NCBI GenBank assembly: GCA_963764165.1
Contig: CAVXRD010000001.1
Location: forward strand, 704,001-768,000
Reading direction: 5' to 3'
Source: an uncultured Verrucomicrobiae bacterium
Lineage (GTDB): Bacteria > Verrucomicrobiota > Verrucomicrobiia > Limisphaerales > Palsa-1400
DNA length: 64,000 nucleotides
Position numbers and translations under genes: made by a program. Below are positions 58,180 to 64,000 of the stretch, in pieces. Numbering within the stretch: position 1 is the first letter of the stretch; the number at the start of each line of letters is the position of its first letter. The notes under the pieces are model-generated. The model was not told where the DNA came from and searched no databases. It saw only the letters and a program-made list of their open reading frames with translations.

Positions 58180-59811
58180 TTACGGCAATTCGTGGTGGGC
58201 TGTAGTGCATGTCGGCTTCTCTCCGACGGTGTGGATGGTATAAATGCCACCATCAGGACAAGCCATGTTGCCATCGGAATGGAATGTCGCGAGATACGGT
58301 TTCAGGTCGTCCATGATAGGGGTGTCCTCCGCCGTTTTTCCGTGCTCAAGAGCCCATTGCTGTTTGGCGGAATCAATAATCCTGAGTCGCTCAATGCAGG
58401 TAATCGTCCTCTGGACCTCGGCATCGTCCGGGCCCGGGAACATCAGGACTTGCATGGCCCCCTGTTTAACGACAGTCATTTGCGTGTCGGCCACAGCAAG
58501 CCCGGGAGCGTCTGAGTGATGAAAGACAAGCGCAAATGTTTCCCCGAGGGGATTCGATTTATTATTGGTTACGGCCAACTCAACCGGTGTGAACGGCCCG
58601 CCATACGGGATGAGATTGAGGCCGAGGTCGGTGAGCAGAATGCCTTTGACTCGATCAAGCTTCCCCTCCTCTCTTCCGATGGGGGGCGGCGTGAACACCA
58701 GATCGAAATTTCCGGTCAGGCCCGTCTGATCTGAAACGGGAGTGTTAAGCACCTGGCCGATGAATATGGCAAAATCCTCCATCGTCTTCCCTTGCATCTG
58801 CCGTTTTCCGTTTTTAGAATTCTGGTTTCCACGCGCCGCATTCACCAGTCTTGCCATGCGGTTTGTCTCGTCGATCAAATGGCCCAATTGCGCCCGAAGG
58901 CGCGCCAATTCCCGCGTTTTTCCCTCGGAAACAGCCGACGCGGCGGCTTGGAATAACTGGTTCGATAGGCGTTCGTTGTCAGCCTTCAAACCGGCGAGAT
59001 CCGCGTTTTGTGATCGCAACCGCTCGTTTTCCACTCTCAATCGCGCAACGGAAGAGTATTGCCAAACGGCTGGAACGGCCAGAGCGCCAGCCACCAGGAC
59101 AATTGCGGCAATTTTCATTTTCATAAGTCCAAGAGTTTTCAGAAGCGAGACACTTGCGTTTGTTCCCGCCAGAGTTCCAAGAGTAGCGGCGGCGACGCTG
59201 GCCGAAAGGCCGACGGGCGCGGCTTTCACGGTTTCGGCGGCCAGCGCGGCGCCAAGAGCGGCGCAGGTGAGGGCCGCGCCGCGCTGGGTCAAAAGAGTGT
59301 GCAATTTTTCCAGGGCGCGATTCACCCGCATCCGCGCGGCGTCCTCGTTCGTTCCCAGCGCCTGACCCACGGAGCGAAAATCACGCTGCTCAAAAAAGCG
59401 AAGCATGATGGCCGTGCGATCTTCGGGGCCGAGATGGTTGATCGCGTCGTCCAGAATGCCCGCGACCCGCGCTAAATCTGCTGACGAGTTATTTTGCATG
59501 GCGATGAGTTCAACCGCTTGTTGCTCGCGATTTTGACGGCGGCGATTTCCGCGAATGGTGTTGGCCGCAACGAAACAGGTATTCTGATGCAGCCACCCTC
59601 CCACCACCGCCTCCCGCGCGATGGCACCCGCGTTCCTGGCCAGATTCAAGAAGACGGTCTGCGTGATGTCTTCCGCCAGATGCGAATCGCCATTGACGAG
59701 GCGGCAGGCAGTCGAGTGAACCATGTTCACATATCTGTCGACCAACTCCCTGAACGCCTTTTCCGAGCGGCGCTGCGCGTATTCCTCAAACAATAATCGG
59801 CTGTCGTTCAT
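58180..59811 (-). CDS. ECF sigma factor with a long C-terminal extension (TM, coiled coil, extracytoplasmic domains)
   Basis: AFRELVDRY, LAEDITQTVF, AARMRVNRALEKL; TM IAAIVLVAGALAVPAVW; C-terminal CIERLRIIDSAKQQWALE...CPDGG. Confidence 0.88.
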   Translation of the reverse strand: MNDSRLLFEEYAQRRSEKAFRELVDRYVNMVHSTACRLVNGDSHLAEDITQTVFLNLARNAGAIAREAVVGGWLHQNTCFVAANTIRGNRRRQNREQQAVELIAMQNNSSADLARVAGILDDAINHLGPEDRTAIMLRFFEQRDFRSVGQALGTNEDAARMRVNRALEKLHTLLTQRGAALTCAALGAALAAETVKAAPVGLSASVAAATLGTLAGTNASVSLLKTLGLMKMKIAAIVLVAGALAVPAVWQYSSVARLRVENERLRSQNADLAGLKADNERLSNQLFQAAASAVSEGKTRELARLRAQLGHLIDETNRMARLVNAARGNQNSKNGKRQMQGKTMEDFAIFIGQVLNTPVSDQTGLTGNFDLVFTPPPIGREEGKLDRVKGILLTDLGLNLIPYGGPFTPVELAVTNNKSNPLGETFALVFHHSDAPGLAVADTQMTVVKQGAMQVLMFPGPDDAEVQRTITCIERLRIIDSAKQQWALEHGKTAEDTPIMDDLKPYLATFHSDGNMACPDGGIYTIHTVGEKPTCTTAHHELP

Positions 59812-60018
59812 TTGTTCCACATATATAGACCCGCCCAGCGCGAAAACCGAACAAACGCGTCGGGAGCGGAAAAGCCTGCGTTCTTGTAGAGCTTGGAAAG
59901 CTTGACGAAGCAGAAAAGATTTATGAACAATGCTTAACCGACGAACCGAACGATGCCAGTGCCAAAAATAAGCTGAAATATGTCCACCGGCTTCAAGAAA
60001 AGGTAAAATCACAATAGC

Positions 60019-60396
60019 GTGAATGCTCAATACATTGCTGACGTGCGCAGGAAATTGCGCTTTGCGCCGTACATTTTGGCGACGCTTTTGATCGTTTTTG
60101 GCATCTCGCTGTTTTGGGTTGCTCCCTCGCTCAAATATTTGGCGGTAGGGCTGGCATCTGGCTCGCTTGGTTCCGCCTGCCTTATTATGTACTGGCGGAC
60201 GCGGCGCGAGGGATTTCAACTCGCGTTGCTCGCGGTCAACGTGATGACTATGTGCATCGGTTCGTCCGGTTTAGGATTCGGACACGCCCTTCAGTACCTC
60301 TGCGTTATACTCACGGTAGAAGCGGGAACTTCCGTGGTAATGCGGCATCGATATTTAACGTGGACACAGAAATCAGCGGTTAACAATCCGCAATAA
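60019..60396 (+). CDS. Hypothetical membrane protein (about 4 TM)
   Basis: 125 aa, mostly hydrophobic; lower GC than the flanks by eye. Confidence 0.55.
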   Translation: MNAQYIADVRRKLRFAPYILATLLIVFGISLFWVAPSLKYLAVGLASGSLGSACLIMYWRTRREGFQLALLAVNVMTMCIGSSGLGFGHALQYLCVILTVEAGTSVVMRHRYLTWTQKSAVNNPQ

Positions 60397-60537
60397 CTAA
60401 CGATCATCCTCCTGAAAGCTCGCCACCAATGTCCGGTGATCTGACGCTACGCCCCAATTCGGCGTCGCCAGCGCATACGCCCCGTCCTTCAGGCAATGGC
60501 TTTTCATGCCGCTGCCAAGCAGGATGTAATCGATGCG
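60397..60537 (-). pseudogene. Displaced duplicate 3' end of the EEP gene
   Basis: Translates as RIDYILLGSGMKSHCLKDGAYALATPNWGVASDHRTLVASFQEDDR*; 60421-60537 matches 63589-63705 at 102 of 117 nt. Confidence 0.88.
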
Positions 60538-60548
60538 CGCGTGCGGAA

Positions 60549-60606
60549 AGGGGTCACCCATCAGGCCCCGGGGTCAGTCCCCGGGACTGACCCCTTTGAC
60601 CCCTTT
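60549..60606. repeat. GGGGTCA/TGACCCC nested palindrome
   Basis: AAGGGGTCA...GGGGTCAGTCC-CCG-GGACTGACCCC-TTTGACCCCTT; AAGGGGTCACCC recurs at ~61118. Confidence 0.65.
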
Positions 60607-60681
60607 CCTGATAACTTGCTGCTGAAGGATGACGGTAATTGCTCGATTTTCCCGCATGAACCAACGACAATGCGAATCTTT

Positions 60682-61140
60682 ATGGCATTCATTCCTGAAA
60701 ACGCTCAATGGTTCCTGGCCCAGCATGTCGAGGAAATCCGGGTGCAGAGGCACAAGCGCAATGTCGTGCATATCAATTATGTATTGATTCAGGCGAAGAG
60801 CCCGCGGGAAGCGTATCGGAAAGCCATCGAGTTGGGGAAAAGAGGAAATGCGAAATACAAGAATCCAGCGGGCGAGACCGTGACCAAGCGCTTTCTTGGA
60901 TTACGGGACTTGGATGTGATACACGATCCGCTGGAGCACGGATGCGAGATCATGTTTTCCGAGCGCTTAGGAATGACAAGAGCAGGCATATGCAAGCTTT
61001 TACGGAAGAAGGCGGAACTTGAAGCATTTCTTCCGATTCGCAACCGACCCGGCCGCCCCTGTTACGCATCAAAAGAGATCATGGACGAAGTTGCCAAGGA
61101 ATTAGTCAGGTCCGGGGAAGGGGTCACCCTGCCCACATAA
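60682..61140 (+). CDS. DUF4288-like protein
   Basis: WFLA..VEEI, VLIQAKSPREAYRKA, YKNPAGETV..RFLGLRDL, HGCEI. Confidence 0.8.
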   Translation: MAFIPENAQWFLAQHVEEIRVQRHKRNVVHINYVLIQAKSPREAYRKAIELGKRGNAKYKNPAGETVTKRFLGLRDLDVIHDPLEHGCEIMFSERLGMTRAGICKLLRKKAELEAFLPIRNRPGRPCYASKEIMDEVAKELVRSGEGVTLPT

Positions 61141-61290
61141 TCGCACCATTGCGGTTTGCGGTGCCCCCATGAATACCACATAAAAATGTAATTTCAGCAT
61201 TAATTGACAACCAAGCCTTTCGGCCATAATTTTCCCTGTTGCCGTAAGGGCGTGTTCTTTGACATTTTGCTTCATTTCGCGCCGGGGAAC

Positions 61291-61403
61291 CCTCTGCGCA
61301 CTCCGCGCCTCTCTGCGCGAGATTGCGTTTTATGCCAGCCGAAACCAAACCGCGTCCACAAAGGGAAAAGAACTCTCGCGCAGAGAAGATGAGTGCGCAG
61401 AGG
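61291..61403. repeat. CGCAGAG-type inverted repeat
   Basis: CCTCTGCGCACTC...TCTCTGCGCGAGA and TCTCGCGCAGAGA...GAGTGCGCAGAGG. Confidence 0.7.
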
Positions 61404-61488
61404 GATACAAAGGCAAAGCCGCACCCACCGAAAATAGGGGGCTATTAGAAATCGGTGGGATTTCAGTGAATATTTGGGCGGACAGGCA

Positions 61489-63171
61489 GAGACTGTCTCA
61501 AAACGTTTTAGTCTGGCCGATCTGGTTATATGGGCACCAATAGGGGCTGTGGAAACGGGTGTCAACTTTTAGTTGTCAGAGCGTGGCTGGCGTCAGCGAT
61601 GACGCCAAGCTTCCCTTTCCCTCCTTTTTTAGGCCGCCATCGCCAAATTTCCTTCAACCGCGGCGGTTTTGACTTCCATTTTCGGCGTCTGGACCCGGGC
61701 CTGCCACTTTTTATAGAGGATTCGCAGGTTCAAGGTGGCGCATAACAAGGCCCATTGGGCTTGCACGGCTTCCAGACCCCAAACTGTCCAACGCCGAAAG
61801 CCGTCGTGTTGCTTGAGCTGCCCAAACCGGCGTTCGATGATCTCTTTGCGCTTTCCATAAAGCGCGGCGGGTCCTGGCTCTTGCAGCCGGGCCCGCATGG
61901 CTTGCACCAGCGTGGTGTGCGGCCACACTTCGACTTGCCGCCCTTTGGGATCGCGGCTGCAGAGGGCGCGCACGGGACAGTCTCGGTGATGGCAGCGGAA
62001 GCGCTCAACGGTCTGGCCTTTCTTGGTGGTCTGGCCTTCGTGGTCCAGAAGGCGCTCTTGCGGGCAGGTGACGGTGTGGGCCGCCTCGTCATAATGAAAA
62101 TGCTGCGTCGCGTAGGCGTTGTCGTGGGCTGGCTTGCCCTCCGCCGGCGGGGCCAGCACATTCATCTGCTGTTCCACGGCCGCTTTCAAGTCGGCCCCGC
62201 CCCCATAGCCGGCGTCGGCGGCGGTGAGGGTTGGAATGGCCGCCGGACCGAGGTTTTGCCTCGCTTCTTCAATCATGGGGACCAGCTGGCCGGCGTCGGT
62301 TTCCTGGCGGGTGGCTTGACAGGCGACCATGATGCCCTCCTGGCTGTCGGCCACCGCCTGGGCGTTGTAGGCAAAGCGGTTGGTGTCGCCGACTTTCATC
62401 CGGCGCGCCTCCGGTTCGGCTGGATGGTAATGGTGGCGCCCGTCGGCCTGCAGCTGGGCCAGGCCTTTTTTGATTTCCTCGCGCAGGGCCTGGCGCTGGG
62501 CCAACCCGGCGGGCAGCCGGCAGCCCGGTGCGCTGGAATCCTGGTTCTCCGCCACGACTTTGAGCTCGATTTCCTCCAAGGCGCCATCCAGCTGGGCCAG
62601 GAGCTTCTCCATGTAAACCTTGCTCCAGCCCTGCGGCCCGCTGCAGGCGGCTTGAATCTTGGTGCCGTCCAACGCTTGCAAGGCAAATCCCACCGCCCCG
62701 GTGCGGAGGGCCAGCTGCACGGTTTGCTTGAAAACCTGGCGCAGGGCCTTTTTGTTTCCGTCCCAGAACCGCCAGAGGCTGTTGTGGTCGGGGGCGTTGA
62801 GCCCCGTCAGCCACAGCAGCGAGACATGCTCCGTGCAGGCGGTTTCCAGCTTGCGGGTGGAGCGAATGCGGTGGAAATAACCGTAAAGCCAAATCTTGAG
62901 CAGGAGGCTGGGGGCATAGGGCGGACGGCCTTCGGCGGCGGCGGGAATGACAAACCCAAGCTGGGGCAGATCCAACTGGTCGACAAATTCGCGCAGGAAG
63001 CGGGCGGGATGGTCGGCGGACACCCAGTCCTCCAGGGCGGGCGGGAGGAGGAACTGCTGTCCGTAATCAGGGGCAATCGGTTGAGCCATATTTGTTGAAC
63101 GGCATTGTCAACTAAAGGCTCACATATTGTCAAATACATTCCTCAAAAAACAGAAGTTTTGAGACAATCTC
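61489..63171 (-). mobile_element. IS1182-family insertion sequence (1683 bp)
   Basis: TIRs GAGACTGTCTCAAAAC and GTTTTGAGACAATCTC (15 of 16); GGCA duplicated at 61485-61488 and 63172-63175. Confidence 0.9.
61629..63089 (-). CDS. IS1182-family DDE transposase
   Basis: QQFLLPP.LEDW...HPAR, GRPPYAP, SxRKLE, PDHNSL, LDGTKI, YNAQ, ADAGY, RKEIIERRFGQLK. Confidence 0.93.
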   Translation of the reverse strand: MAQPIAPDYGQQFLLPPALEDWVSADHPARFLREFVDQLDLPQLGFVIPAAAEGRPPYAPSLLLKIWLYGYFHRIRSTRKLETACTEHVSLLWLTGLNAPDHNSLWRFWDGNKKALRQVFKQTVQLALRTGAVGFALQALDGTKIQAACSGPQGWSKVYMEKLLAQLDGALEEIELKVVAENQDSSAPGCRLPAGLAQRQALREEIKKGLAQLQADGRHHYHPAEPEARRMKVGDTNRFAYNAQAVADSQEGIMVACQATRQETDAGQLVPMIEEARQNLGPAAIPTLTAADAGYGGGADLKAAVEQQMNVLAPPAEGKPAHDNAYATQHFHYDEAAHTVTCPQERLLDHEGQTTKKGQTVERFRCHHRDCPVRALCSRDPKGRQVEVWPHTTLVQAMRARLQEPGPAALYGKRKEIIERRFGQLKQHDGFRRWTVWGLEAVQAQWALLCATLNLRILYKKWQARVQTPKMEVKTAAVEGNLAMAA

Positions 63172-63267
63172 GGCAGGGCCGCCCTGCCAAATTGCGGCAG
63201 GGCGGTGCTGCGCCGCCGCCCCAATATTGCGCCCTTAAACCAGCGCGGAATGCCTTGAATCGTGTCG

Positions 63268-63418
63268 TTGCACGCTATTGCACCCTATTGCACCCTTGGT
63301 TTTCGCGCTCCAAAATGCGCACCCGCCAGAGGAAATGTAGCGGGTATGTAGCGGCCCTGTAGCGCCCGATGTAGCGGTTTATCCGGTTGATAATCAACGA
63401 TGTAGCGGATGTAGCGGC
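63268..63418. repeat. Iteron-like short direct repeats
   Basis: TTGCAC(G/C)CT three times at a 10-bp period (63268, 63278, 63288); TGTAGCG six times (63336, 63347, 63358, 63370, 63401, 63410) around the palindrome GTTGATAATCAAC. Confidence 0.75.
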
Positions 63419-63564
63419 TTTTTCGAGATTATATGCACATTCAATGCTGTGCCCTGCCAGTGCCCCGCCTGGCCTCTCGATCTGGGCGCGTCTCCGACAA
63501 CGACCGCACCTGGGTTCTCATTCCGCTGAAAACAGCGAGGAACCACACTTCGGCGGTCAAGGCG

Positions 63565-64000
63565 CTAAGGAGCAGGCACGGAAAACCCCGCCACCAATGG
63601 CCGATGATCCGACGCCACTCCCCAATTCGGCGTTGCCAGCACATACGTTTCGTCTTTCAGCCAATGGCTTCTCATGCCGCTGCCGAGAAGGATGTAATCG
63701 ATGCGGGTATAGTCGTCGTCTTTGGCGTAATAATGGGTCCAGGTGATGCGGCGGGCGCCGCGCTCGTCGGTGTCGCCGTTGCGTTCGGCGGGGCGGGTGT
63801 CGAACAAGCGGGCTTTGCCGCGGCCCATGATGGCGCGGACGGGTTTGGAATCCTGCAAATCGTTGAAGTCGCCCACCACCGCGAAATTTTCCAGCGGATC
63901 CTGCGCGATGCGGGCGTCAATCACCCGCCGCAGCGCCGCCGCTTCCTCGTAACGCCATTCGTCCTCATCCGCAATTGCAGAAGGCCGGCGTGATTTCAAA
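63565..64000 (-). CDS. Endonuclease/exonuclease/phosphatase (EEP) family protein, 5'-truncated by the window edge
   Basis: LKSRR, VVGDFND, WTHYY, RIDYIL, ASDHRPL. Confidence 0.9.
   Translation of the reverse strand, partial: LKSRRPSAIADEDEWRYEEAAALRRVIDARIAQDPLENFAVVGDFNDLQDSKPVRAIMGRGKARLFDTRPAERNGDTDERGARRITWTHYYAKDDDYTRIDYILLGSGMRSHWLKDETYVLATPNWGVASDHRPLVAGFSVPAP

Noticed and set aside
59812..60219. 136-aa N-terminal extension of the ECF sigma ORF
   Set aside because: It overlaps the divergent membrane ORF, and sigma homology begins at MNDSRLL (59811).
61755..63098. 447-aa plus-strand ORF inside the IS
   Set aside because: Antisense to the transposase, with no recognisable domain.
63336..63418. 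CRISPR array
   Set aside because: Repeats are 7 bp with mostly 2-5 bp spacers, far too short, and no cas genes are present.
60421..63705. The 117-bp near-identical pair as a diversity-generating retroelement TR/VR
   Set aside because: The 15 mismatches involve all bases rather than adenines on one strand, many are synonymous, and there is no reverse transcriptase in the window.

Overview
GC-rich (about 60% by eye) bacterial chromosomal segment. Gene content and intergenic repeat style suggest a Verrucomicrobiota (Pedosphaera/Limisphaerales-like) genome; this is an inference. Most of the window is housekeeping or metabolic: yebC, suhB-like, ispF, hisH, hisG, nfo, a 2-oxoacid dehydrogenase E1a/E1b/E2 cluster, rsmD, an aspartate aminotransferase, priA, larE, rex, a lactate permease and a 33-aa bS22-like ribosomal protein that the ORF track misses. 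It also holds three tandem TMTC-like GT-C/TPR membrane genes, a DUF1338/HglS(HPPD)-like putative Fe(II) dioxygenase, an SNF2 helicase, a lone OLD-like ABC-ATPase/TOPRIM gene, a MoxR-DUF58 operon and three ECF sigma loci. Mobile and repeat content: a complete IS1182-family element (16-bp TIRs, GGCA target duplication) inserted in a palindrome; a 162-bp fold-back MITE with a TTCAT target duplication; and several families of REP/REPIN-like inverted repeats. At the right end a ~3-kb islet is bounded by a 117-bp diverged duplicate of the 3' end of an EEP nuclease/phosphatase gene and carries iteron-like TGTAGCG repeats. I saw no rRNA, tRNA or CRISPR array. All family assignments come from motif recognition by eye, not from database searches.
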